NCBI GenBank assembly: GCA_963770895.1
Contig: CAVYRF010000002.1
Coordinates: 1,952,001 to 2,016,000, forward strand
Direction: 5' to 3'
Origin: an uncultured Acidobacteriota bacterium
Lineage (GTDB): Bacteria > Acidobacteriota > Thermoanaerobaculia > Multivoradales > UBA5704
Length of the DNA: 64,000 nucleotides
Each line of letters starts with the position of its first letter. The stretch's first letter is position 1. The notes under the pieces were generated by a model. That model was given only the letters and a program-made list of their open reading frames with translations, had not been told where the DNA came from and did not search any database. Shown here one piece after another: positions 55,901 through 64,000 of the stretch. The translations under genes and the position numbers were made by a program.

Positions 55901-58900
55901 ACCAGCAGCTGGTGCCGCTCGACCGGCCCGAGCAGCGGCAGCTCGCGCAGGGTGCGCCCGTCGTCCGCGGCCAGCCCGTGCAGCAGGTTTTGCAGCTGGC
56001 CGGCGAAGCGTTCGACCGTCGCCGGGTCGAACAGGTCGGTGCGAAAGTCGATGCTGCCGGCCAACCCGGCGTCGTGCGGCTGGAGCACCAGCGTGAGGTC
56101 GAAGCGGGAGGTGCGCACCTCGGCCGGCAGCAGCTCCATCGTCAGGCCGGGCAGGAGCGGCGGCGCCATCGCGGCGCTCTGCAGCGACAGCATCGCCTGG
56201 AACAGCGGCGGCCGCGACAGGTCGCGCTCGGGTTGCAGGTCGCCGACGAGCTGCTCGAACGGCACCTCCTGGTGGGCGAAGGCGTCCAGGGTCGTCTCGC
56301 GCACCCGGCGCAGGATCTCGGCCACGCCGGGCTCGCCGCCCAGGTCCTGGCGCAGGGCGAGCGGGTTGACGAAGAAGCCGATCAACCCCTCGGTGGCGCT
56401 GTGGCTGCGTCCGGCGACCGGCGTGCCGATGGCGAAATCCTCCTGGTCGGCCAGGCGGCCCAGCAGCACGGCGAACCCGGCCACCAGCGCCATGAACAGG
56501 GTGATGCGCTGCTCGCGGCACAGCCGCTCCAGCGCCGCGGCGAGCGCCGGCGGCAGGACGAGCGGCCGCGCCGCGCCGCCGCTCGCCGCCGCCGCGGGGC
56601 GCGGCCGGTCGGTGGGCAGCTCGAGAGCGGGCAGCGCCGCCAGGCGCCGGCGCCAGAACGCCAGGTCGTCCGCCAGCATGGCGCCGGCCAGCCGTCGCCG
56701 CTGCCAGGCGGCGAAGTCGGCGTACTGGATGGAAAGCGGCGGCAACGGCGTGGTGCGGCCCTGCTGGAAGGCCGCGTACAGCGTGCCCAGCTCATGGAGA
56801 AGCAGGCCGAGCGACCAGCCGTCGCCGGCGATGTGATGGATGGCGAGCAGCAGGACGTGCTCGGCGTCCGCCAGCCGCAACAGCGCTGCACGTAGCATCC
56901 ACGGACGCCCCAGGTCGAAGGGCCGCCTGGCGTCGGCCGCGGCAAGACGCGCGGCTTCGGCGCGGGCGACCGCCGCCGGCCGCGCCAGCGCCAGGCCGCC
57001 AAGGTCCACCAGCGGCACCGGCACCGCCGCCGGCGGCGCGATCACTTGCAGCGGGCCGCCGTCCGCCGCGGCGCGGAAGCCGGTGCGCAGGGATTCGTGG
57101 CGGCGCACGACTTCGCTCACGGCCGCGGCCAGCAGCGGCGCGACCAACGGCCCGCGCAGCACGACCGCGAGCGGCAGGTTGTACAGCGGGCTGCCCGGCG
57201 ACAGCTGGTCCAGGAACCACAGCCGCTGCTGCGCAAACGACGCGGCGATCTCGCCGTCGCGGGCCACGCGCTCGATCGTCGCCGCCGTCCGGCCGCGCTC
57301 GACCAGCAGCAGCTTGATCGCCGCCGCCAGCCCGGCGGGCGTCGGCGCCTCGAACAGCGTGCGGATCGGCAGCTCCGCCGCCAGCTCGCTCGCCACCAGG
57401 CCCAGCAATCGAGTCCCCAGCAGCGAGTGGCCGCCCAGCTCGAAGAAGTCGTCGTGGATCCCCACCCCGGCAACGCCCAGCAGCCGCTCGAACAGCTCCG
57501 CCACCCGCCGTTCGATCTCGTCGCGCAGTCCGCCGTCGGTGACACCGGAAGCGGGCGCCGGTCGGCCTGAGGAAGCGTCGGTTCCCACGGTCGATGCCGC
57601 CCCTGGCACCCATCCCGCCGGCGCCGCCACCACCACCTGCGTCCCCCCGGCTGCGCCCAGCCCGTACCGCAGCGCCGCGACGGCGAGCGACGGCGGCAAT
57701 GCCTTTTCCGGCATCGAAACCACGACCCAGGGCGGCGCCGCCCCGGCAGCCGGGAGGGCCTGCGAGGCTACTTCCACGAAGCTCGCCGCTGCAGCTACCG
57801 CTGCCGTCGCCGTTGCCGCTGTCGTTGCCGCGGCGGCTTCGCCGCCGGCCTGGGTCGGTGCGTTCATCACCAGCAGGCATGCCCGGGGCCGGCAGCGCCG
57901 CACCTCGCGGCCCAGCGTCGCCCACTGGCGCGGCAAGTCGTCGAGCAATGCCTCGACGCGTTGCCAAGGGTTGCCGCCCGCCGCGGCGCTGTCAGTCGTG
58001 ACGAACGCGACTACGACGTCGGGCGAGAGCCCTGCCGCCGGTGCGCCGCGGAGGTTGCCCGTTACGCCCGCCCGGTTCGCCTTGCTTCCGGATGCCCCCT
58101 TGCGCAGCTCCTCCGCCTGCACTCGCTCCAGACCGGCGGCGGCCAGTACCTCGGCAAGCGCGCCGTCCAGGCGGCCCGGTTCGCCCAGCACCAGGCAGGA
58201 GCCGCCAGCCGAAGGGGCCGACGTGCTGGCCGTAGCAGGCAGTTCCGGCAGCGGCGCCAGCGTGCGCACGAAGCGCTGGCCGAACGGGTGATAGGCGACG
58301 ACCGCCTGGCCCGAGCCGTGCCAAACCTCGTACAGCAACCACTCCGCCAGCCGGTCCCTGGCCGGTTGCGAGCGCGGCACCGGCACGTCGACGCTGCGGC
58401 AGGACAGCGCCGCGCTCAGCGGTGGGATTGCCTGGCAGGCGGCCAGCAGCGGCGTCCGCGCGGAGAGGGCGCGGCCTCCCGACAAGTCGTGCAGCCGCGA
58501 CGACACGGCGACGATCTCGCACGACGCGCCGTTCCCTGCGGTCGCGGCGGCTTCTGCAAGGGCCGCCGCCAACGCCATCAGATTGGCGGCCCCGTCGGTC
58601 CGGCTGTCGAGGCTCCGTAGTTGGATGACGCGTCCCGGCAGCAGGCCGTGCCTGGCGAGGTCCGCGACCAGGCGGCCATAGTCGTCGGGAGCGGCAGGCG
58701 CGATCCGCATGCCTTGGGCGGGACCGCCGGCAACGTTGCCGGTCGCGGTGACGCGGATCACGCGCTGTCCGGCAGCCTCCAGGCGGTGTGCCAAGCGCTC
58801 CCCAACGCCCGCGCTATCGAGCAGCAGCAGCCAGGGCAATGTGGTCTGTCCGCCGGAATCGCCGGGAGTGGCGCCGCCGCCGGCAGGCGGGTGGTGGGGC

Positions 58901-61900
58901 AGCGGCGCGGGGCGCCAGGTGTGGGTATGGAGCCATCCGGTGCCGCCCGCGCCAGTGCCCGGCAGGGTTTCTCTCCAGGATGGCGACGATTGCGCCGACG
59001 GCAGGGCCAGGCCGCCGGCGCCGGGTTCGATCCACAGGCGCCGCCGCTGGAAGGGGTAGGTCGGCAGGGTCAGGCGCCGGCGAGCGGCGCCGCCGTGGAA
59101 TCCGGGCCAGTCGATGACGCCGCCGGCCAGCCACAGCCTGGCCGCGGCGCCCAGCAGGACGGGCAGGTCGTCGTCGCCGTCCTGCGGGTGGCGCATCGAG
59201 GCGATGGCGGTGGGGCCGGCCGCGGCAGCTGCGGACGGATTGCCGGTGCGCCGCCGCCTGGTCAGGCTGCTCAGGGCGCGTCCCGGTCCCACCTCCAGGA
59301 AGATGGGTTGATCGCCTTCGTCCAGCAGCCGGTCGACGCCGGTGTCGAACTGCACGGTGTGGCGCAGGTGGCGGGCCCAATATGACGGGTCGGTCGCCTC
59401 GCCGGCGGTGATCCAGGTGCCGGTCAAGTTGGAGATGTATGGAATGGCGGGCGGCGACAGCCGCATGCCGGCGAGCAGCGCGGCGAGCGGCGCCATGGCC
59501 GGCTCCATCGCCGCGGTGTGAAAGGCGTGCGAGGTGCGCAGCGGCTTGCATTGGACGCCGCGGGCGCGCAGCAGCTGGGCCAGCTCGGCCAGCGCCGCGT
59601 GCGGCCCGGCGACGATCGCGAGGTGCGGAGCGTTGACGGCCGCCAGCTCGATCGGCGGCGCCAGGTGGGGCGCCAGCTCGGCGGCGGACAGCTCGACGCT
59701 GAGCATGGCGCCGGCCGGCTGGGCCTGCATCAGGGCGCCGCGCGCCGCGACCAGCGCCAGGGCGTCGGCCAGGCTGAGCACTCCGGCTAGGCACGCGGCC
59801 ACGATCTCGCCGACGCTGTGGCCCAGCATCGCCCAGGGCTGGACGCCCCAGGACATCCACAGGCGCGCCAACGCGTACTCGACGGCAAAGAGCGCCGGTT
59901 GCGCCAGGCGCGTGGCATCCAGGTCGTGCGTGCCGGCATCGCCGCCCTGGCCGCCATCTCCGTACAGCGCCCGGCGCAGGTCCAGGCCGAGGTGCGGCAG
60001 CAGCAGCTCGGCGCAGGCGTCCAGCTCGCGGCGGAAGACCGGCTCGTCCTGGTAGAGCCCTTGGGCCATCCGCGCATGCTGGGCGCCCTGGCCGGGGAAG
60101 AGGAATACCACCGGCCGGCGCGCCGCCGTCTGGTGGGCGCTCCACACCCGCCGCGACTCCTGGCTGGCTAGCGCTGCGGCGCCTTCCGCACCGGTGCGGC
60201 AGACCAGTGCCCGGCGGTGCGGCAGCTGCCGTCTGCCGGCCTGCAACGTGAAGCTGGCGTCCGCCAGCGACTCGTCGCCGGCAGCGTCCAGCCAGCCCGC
60301 CAGGTTGCGCGTCGCCGCCTCGAGCGCCGCCTCGCTCCGGGCCGAGAGCACCATCAGTTGCCAGGCCCGCGGCGCGGCGGTCGCAACTGGCGCCTGCCGG
60401 TCGGCGGCAGTGGCGGCGATGGCGACGGGGGGCGGCGCCTCTTCCAGGATGGCGTGGGCGTTGGTGCCGCCCAGGCCGAAGGAGCTGACGGCGGCGCGTC
60501 GCGGCGCGTCCGCGGGCGCCTGCCAGGGCGTCAGGGCGGTGTTGACGAAGAAGGGGCTGGCGGCAAAATCGATGCGCGGATTGGGATTGGCAAAATGCAG
60601 GCTGGGCGGGATCTGGCGCTGGGCCAGCGCCAGCGCCGCCTTGATCAGGCCGGTGACGCCGGCGGCGGCGCCCAGGTGGCCGACGTTGGTCTTGATCGAG
60701 CCCAGGGCGCAGGAGCCGCGCCGCGGCGCCGGGCCGAAGGCGCGGGCAAGGGCCGCCACTTCGATCGGATCGCCGAGCGGCGTGCCGGTGCCGTGGCACT
60801 CGACGTAGCCGATGGTTTCGGGGGCGCAGCCGGCGCGCGCCTGCGCCGCGGCGATGACCGCGGCCTGGCCGGCGACGCTGGGGGCGGTGAAGCCCACCTT
60901 GCCCGAGCCGTCGTTGTTGATCGCGGTGCCGAGGATGACCGCGTGCACGGTGTCGCCGTCGGCCTGGGCGTCGGCGAGCCGGCGCAGCACCACCACGCCG
61001 GCGCCGCTGCCCCAGACGGTGCCGTCGGCGGCGGCGTCGAAGGCGCGGCAGACGCCGGTGGCGGACTCGATGCCGCCCTCTTCGTGCAGATAGCCCAGGC
61101 GCTGCGGCGTGCGCACCTCGGCGCCGCCGGCCAGCGCCATGTCGCAATCGCCGGCGGCGAGCGCCTGGCAGGCCAGGTGGATGGCGACCAGCGAGGTGGA
61201 GCAGGCGGTCTGCACGTCGACGCTGGGGCCGCGCAGGTTGAGCTTGTAGGAGACGCGCGTGGTCAGGTAGTCGAAGCTGTTGCCCAGGCTCACCTCGCGC
61301 TCGCCGACCGTCGCCAGCAGCTCCGGGTTGGACGCCAGGTTGCGCAGGAAGTAGCCCGACAGCCCGACGCCGGCGTAGACGCCGATCGCTCCGGGGAAGC
61401 GCTCGGGGTCGTGGCCGGCGCGCTCCAGCGCTTCGTGGGCGCATTCCAGGAACAGGCGCTGCTGCGGGTCCACCAGCTCGGCTTCGCGCGGCGCGTAGTC
61501 GAAGTACGCGGCGTCGAACAGGTCTTCGTCGGCGATCACGCCGCCGGCCTTGACGTAGCGCGGGTTGGCGATCACCCGCGCATCGGCGCCGGCGGCCAGC
61601 AGCTCCTGGTCGCCGAAGCGCGTGATGCAGTCGGCGCCGGCGGCCAGCTTCTGCCACAGCTCCTCGACGCTGCGGCAGCCGGGAAAGCGGCCGGCCATGG
61701 CGACGATCGCGACCTTCACCGGCTGGCCGGCCACACCGGCCGCAACCGCGACCGCTGCGGGTTCGCCGCCGCCCGCGGCGTGGACCGCCTGTTGCTCCAG
61801 CCGCCGCAGGTGCTCGGCCTGCGTGCGCACGGTGGGGTGCTGGAACAGGTCCAGCAGGGGGAACTCGCGGCCCAGCTGCTGCTCCAGGCGGGCGTGCACC

Positions 61901-64000
61901 CGCGCCAGCAGCAGCGAGTGGCCGCCCAGGTCGAAGAAGTTGTCGTCCACTCCCACCTGTTCGACGCCCAGTACGCCGGCCCACAGCTGCGCGATGCGCG
62001 CCTCGCCGGCCGTCGTCGGCGCCACCCCGCGCTGCGCCGGCGCGGCGGCCGCGGCAACGGCCGCGCCCCGGCCCCAATCGGGCGCCGGCAGCCGGCGGCG
62101 ATCCACCTTGCCGCTGGGGGAGAGCGGGAACTCTTCCAGCAACACGAACGCCGCCGGCAGCATGTAGTCGGGCAGCCGCCGCCGCAGGTGCTGCCGCAGC
62201 TCCGCGGCGTCGACCGCGGCGGCCGCCCGCACGTAGGCGACCAGCTGCTGGTCGCCGCCCACCCTGCCATCGACCCCGTCGTTGCCCTCGGCGCGCGCCA
62301 CCACCACCGCCTGCCTTACCGCCGGATGCCGCAGCAGCTCGGCTTCGATCTCGCCGAGCTCGATCCGGAAGCCGCGCACCTTCACCTGGTGGTCGATGCG
62401 CCCCAGGTATTCGAGCTTGCCGTCGGCGCGGAAACGCACCAGGTCCCCCGTGCGGTACGCCCGCTCGCCGGCGCCGCCGCTCCACGGGTCGGGCAGGAAC
62501 CTTTCGGCCGTCAGGTCGGGCCGGCCCCAGTAGCCGCGCGCCAGGCCGGCGCCGCCGATCCACAGCTCGCCGGCGACGCCCGCTGGCACCCGCTCCAGGT
62601 TGCGGTCCACGATGTGGAAGCGGGTGTTGGCGTACGGCCGGCCCAAGGTCACGCCGGCGCCGCAGGCGAGATCCGGCGCCACCTCGGCCATCGCCGAATG
62701 GATCGTCGTTTCGGTCGGGCCGTAGCCGTTCCAAAGCCGGAAACCGCGCGCCACCAGCCGCGCCGCCAGGTCGGGCGGCAGCGCCTCGCCACCGGACAGC
62801 GCCGTCAGCGGGCTGCCGTGGACGCCGCGCTCGCCGGCCCAGGCGGTGTCCAGCAGCAGCCGCCAGGTCGCCGGCGTCGCCTGCATCATCGTCGCCCCCG
62901 ACGCCGCCAGGCGCGACGCCAGCAGGCGGCCGGAACCGGCCTCTGCGCGGGTGATCACCGCCACCCGCGCGCCGGTCGCGAGCGGCAGGAACAGCTCCAG
63001 GACGGAGAGATCGAAGGTGAGGGTGGTCGCCGCCGCCACGGTGTCGGCGGCGGTCAGGCCCGGCCGTCGCGCCGCGGCACGCAGCAGGTTGACCACCGAC
63101 CGGTGCGCCACGCCGACGCCCTTGGGTCGCCCGGTCGATCCCGAGGTGTAGAGCAGATAGGCCAGGTTTTGCGGCAGCGCACCGCTGGCAATGGCCGCAT
63201 CGTCTTCGGCTTCGATCTGCAGGCGGTCGCGGTCCAGCAGGACGACGGTGCCGAAAAGCGCCGGGGCGGGCGCGTCGTCGTCGGCGTTGGCCGGGCCGAA
63301 CGCCGGCAGGCAGCTCTGCTCGCCGACCAGCAGGGCGCAGGCGCTGTCGCCGGCGATCAGCGCCAGCCGCTCCGCCGGGTGCGACGCATCGAGCGGCACG
63401 TAGGTGCCGCCTGCCTTGAGGACGCCGAGCAGCGCCACCAGCATGCGCGGCGTGCGCTCGACGCAGACGGCGACGCGCGTCTCGGGCCCGACCCCCAGCC
63501 GCCGCAGGTGGCGGGCCAGACGGTTGGCGCTCGCCTCGAGCTCGCCGTAGGTCAGCTCCACTCCCTGGCCGGCGACCGCCGGCGCCGCAGGGCGGCGCCG
63601 CGCCTGGTGCGCGAACAGCTCGTGCACCAGCTCACCGGCGGGGAGATCGCAATCGGCCGTGGCCGCGGCCGCGGTGGCGGCCGTATCGTTCCATTCCAGC
63701 AGCTGGTGCCGCTCGCTCGGGCCGAGCAGCGGCAGGGCGGTGACGTCGCAGCCGCTGTCGCCGAGCCGCGGCACGATGGCGGCGAGCAGGGCTCGGTACT
63801 GCTGCGCCAGGCGCTTGATCGTGGCGCCGTCGAACAGGTCGCGGCGGAATTCGAAATCCACCGTCAGCCCTTCCGCCCGTTCGCAGGCATCGACCAGCAG
63901 ATCGAACTTGGCGGTGGTAGCCGCCAGGTCGTACCCCGCCATCGTCAGCCGCGGCAGGATATTGCGCGCGTCGAAGGGCACGCTTTGCCAGGCGTTCTGC
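52915..64000 (-). CDS. Hybrid NRPS-PKS, 5'-truncated by the window edge: C'-A(Gly-like)-T-KS-AT(malonyl)-degenerate KR-ACP-C-A(unknown)-T-TE
   Basis: A motifs YTSGSTGRPKG and NGYGPTE; KS DVQTACSTS, HGTGT, NVGH; AT GHSVG and HAFH; GGHS carriers; C HHIAGDGWS; TE GWSLGG...GDH. Confidence 0.96.
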   Translation of the reverse strand, partial: QNAWQSVPFDARNILPRLTMAGYDLAATTAKFDLLVDACERAEGLTVDFEFRRDLFDGATIKRLAQQYRALLAAIVPRLGDSGCDVTALPLLGPSERHQLLEWNDTAATAAAATADCDLPAGELVHELFAHQARRRPAAPAVAGQGVELTYGELEASANRLARHLRRLGVGPETRVAVCVERTPRMLVALLGVLKAGGTYVPLDASHPAERLALIAGDSACALLVGEQSCLPAFGPANADDDAPAPALFGTVVLLDRDRLQIEAEDDAAIASGALPQNLAYLLYTSGSTGRPKGVGVAHRSVVNLLRAAARRPGLTAADTVAAATTLTFDLSVLELFLPLATGARVAVITRAEAGSGRLLASRLAASGATMMQATPATWRLLLDTAWAGERGVHGSPLTALSGGEALPPDLAARLVARGFRLWNGYGPTETTIHSAMAEVAPDLACGAGVTLGRPYANTRFHIVDRNLERVPAGVAGELWIGGAGLARGYWGRPDLTAERFLPDPWSGGAGERAYRTGDLVRFRADGKLEYLGRIDHQVKVRGFRIELGEIEAELLRHPAVRQAVVVARAEGNDGVDGRVGGDQQLVAYVRAAAAVDAAELRQHLRRRLPDYMLPAAFVLLEEFPLSPSGKVDRRRLPAPDWGRGAAVAAAAAPAQRGVAPTTAGEARIAQLWAGVLGVEQVGVDDNFFDLGGHSLLLARVHARLEQQLGREFPLLDLFQHPTVRTQAEHLRRLEQQAVHAAGGGEPAAVAVAAGVAGQPVKVAIVAMAGRFPGCRSVEELWQKLAAGADCITRFGDQELLAAGADARVIANPRYVKAGGVIADEDLFDAAYFDYAPREAELVDPQQRLFLECAHEALERAGHDPERFPGAIGVYAGVGLSGYFLRNLASNPELLATVGEREVSLGNSFDYLTTRVSYKLNLRGPSVDVQTACSTSLVAIHLACQALAAGDCDMALAGGAEVRTPQRLGYLHEEGGIESATGVCRAFDAAADGTVWGSGAGVVVLRRLADAQADGDTVHAVILGTAINNDGSGKVGFTAPSVAGQAAVIAAAQARAGCAPETIGYVECHGTGTPLGDPIEVAALARAFGPAPRRGSCALGSIKTNVGHLGAAAGVTGLIKAALALAQRQIPPSLHFANPNPRIDFAASPFFVNTALTPWQAPADAPRRAAVSSFGLGGTNAHAILEEAPPPVAIAATAADRQAPVATAAPRAWQLMVLSARSEAALEAATRNLAGWLDAAGDESLADASFTLQAGRRQLPHRRALVCRTGAEGAAALASQESRRVWSAHQTAARRPVVFLFPGQGAQHARMAQGLYQDEPVFRRELDACAELLLPHLGLDLRRALYGDGGQGGDAGTHDLDATRLAQPALFAVEYALARLWMSWGVQPWAMLGHSVGEIVAACLAGVLSLADALALVAARGALMQAQPAGAMLSVELSAAELAPHLAPPIELAAVNAPHLAIVAGPHAALAELAQLLRARGVQCKPLRTSHAFHTAAMEPAMAPLAALLAGMRLSPPAIPYISNLTGTWITAGEATDPSYWARHLRHTVQFDTGVDRLLDEGDQPIFLEVGPGRALSSLTRRRRTGNPSAAAAAGPTAIASMRHPQDGDDDLPVLLGAAARLWLAGGVIDWPGFHGGAARRRLTLPTYPFQRRRLWIEPGAGGLALPSAQSSPSWRETLPGTGAGGTGWLHTHTWRPAPLPHHPPAGGGATPGDSGGQTTLPWLLLLDSAGVGERLAHRLEAAGQRVIRVTATGNVAGGPAQGMRIAPAAPDDYGRLVADLARHGLLPGRVIQLRSLDSRTDGAANLMALAAALAEAAATAGNGASCEIVAVSSRLHDLSGGRALSARTPLLAACQAIPPLSAALSCRSVDVPVPRSQPARDRLAEWLLYEVWHGSGQAVVAYHPFGQRFVRTLAPLPELPATASTSAPSAGGSCLVLGEPGRLDGALAEVLAAAGLERVQAEELRKGASGSKANRAGVTGNLRGAPAAGLSPDVVVAFVTTDSAAAGGNPWQRVEALLDDLPRQWATLGREVRRCRPRACLLVMNAPTQAGGEAAAATTAATATAAVAAAASFVEVASQALPAAGAAPPWVVVSMPEKALPPSLAVAALRYGLGAAGGTQVVVAAPAGWVPGAASTVGTDASSGRPAPASGVTDGGLRDEIERRVAELFERLLGVAGVGIHDDFFELGGHSLLGTRLLGLVASELAAELPIRTLFEAPTPAGLAAAIKLLLVERGRTAATIERVARDGEIAASFAQQRLWFLDQLSPGSPLYNLPLAVVLRGPLVAPLLAAAVSEVVRRHESLRTGFRAAADGGPLQVIAPPAAVPVPLVDLGGLALARPAAVARAEAARLAAADARRPFDLGRPWMLRAALLRLADAEHVLLLAIHHIAGDGWSLGLLLHELGTLYAAFQQGRTTPLPPLSIQYADFAAWQRRRLAGAMLADDLAFWRRRLAALPALELPTDRPRPAAAASGGAARPLVLPPALAAALERLCREQRITLFMALVAGFAVLLGRLADQEDFAIGTPVAGRSHSATEGLIGFFVNPLALRQDLGGEPGVAEILRRVRETTLDAFAHQEVPFEQLVGDLQPERDLSRPPLFQAMLSLQSAAMAPPLLPGLTMELLPAEVRTSRFDLTLVLQPHDAGLAGSIDFRTDLFDPATVERFAGQLQNLLHGLAADDGRTLRELPLLGPVERHQLLVEWNHEPWTAGAPDDHSLHGPFELQAARRPQAIALVDCAPDGGSAPGAGCLSYASLDAWATQLAHRLRRLGVGPERVVGICAEPSFEMVAGLLAILKAGGAYLALDPAHPDERLAQIVAASGATVVLAGNGLAGRFAAPARVVALTATPDEWTDAAAQQPAPAWPRRRQNAAAGRVQPDSAAYVLYTSGSTGMPKGVVISHRAAANRMRFQVASDLTPDARVLQRARLGFDVSVIEVFAPLWIGATVLLAPPAPRQSAAALARLVAEQQVTNINVPPALLPLLLAEADWRAGAALRRVVTGGDRVPGDLPARFHAAMGATEARLIARYGPTEATVSISEWPCDPGQPAAQTVPLGRPIAGARLYALDRRQQPVPAGVAGELCVAGHCLARGYLARPDLTAAAFVPDPFAPAAPPGTRLYRTGDLVHRRVDGAVQFLGRIDGQVKVRGFRIELGEIEAALSAHPQVRSAAAAARRAGTAAGADLRLVAYLVPRDPDGDGKDGGAARRAALLAELRQTLAARLPDYMVPADFVWLDQLPLTANGKLDRNALPAPVWGAGTGDAAHVAPRTAHERTLAALFGELLGVQRVGAGDSFFALGGHSLLAVRLVARIRDTFGRDLPLATLFRAATVEQLAALLQTGAAAGGRSPLVELTPEPPAPWPTAATAASPVAPARPGRAPRRRRGQAAARPFFCVHPAGGNVLCYADLARCLGHAQPFYGLQLPDPASLPSDPTIEALAACYVAAMATMPGSGAPDGPLALGGWSLGGAIAFEMARQLRAAGRRVEPLVLIDPAPLRRGIPPVPTPPARLRREFLRDLASMAGPHSTAALAAAAGIQRLSADLPLADLATAAQAAGLIPADLAADDLERLFALFRTTRGALDRYRPAPAPGPLNLLLAARHQPPNGNGALPAADAGASAAANAAAWAALCRAGAEIEVLPGDHYAIVRQPAVAALAAKLRRLLAAKPAPEQAAARRRRDTAATAAGIPAAQPSEPRR

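Noticed and set aside
53992-62734. ORFs 53992-56895 (+), 58814-62734 (-) and similar
   Set aside because: Shadows of the NRPS-PKS reading frame.

Overview
GC-rich bacterial window, most likely Acidobacteriota (PadR + ADOP-type permease pair and a secreted protein with 'K(V/M)(I/L)DGTAVNGH(F/I)WVF' repeats; taxonomy is inferred). Two large minus-strand assembly-line genes run off the window edges. On the left is a >6,300-codon NRPS (ACP-C-A-T-[C-A-T]x4-E; 18942 to <1) that the ORF track misses. On the right is the C-terminal part of an NRPS-PKS hybrid (C'-A-T-KS-AT-degenerate KR-ACP-C-A-T-TE; >64000 to 52915), followed by a sulfatase-like gene. Between them is an accessory zone of about 24 kb ending at tRNA-Arg(ACG). 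It contains a 9.8-kb phage-satellite-like element bounded by a 49-bp att repeat (P4-type integrase, AlpA, cos-like site) with a membrane protein/C5-MTase/GHKL-ATPase-nuclease/Vsr cargo, a second decayed relative (DUF2280, cos-like site, three TA pairs, ART-like gene, truncated nuclease), and many pseudogene fragments. The least obvious signal is three short, Cys/Ser/Thr-rich RiPP (class I lanthipeptide-like) precursor genes whose 29-aa leaders align without gaps. They are scattered across the window with no intact modifying enzymes: one lies beside a LanC fragment, and one sits inside the satellite, split by a 612-bp transposase-less mini-element with 43-bp TIRs and a 5-bp TSD.
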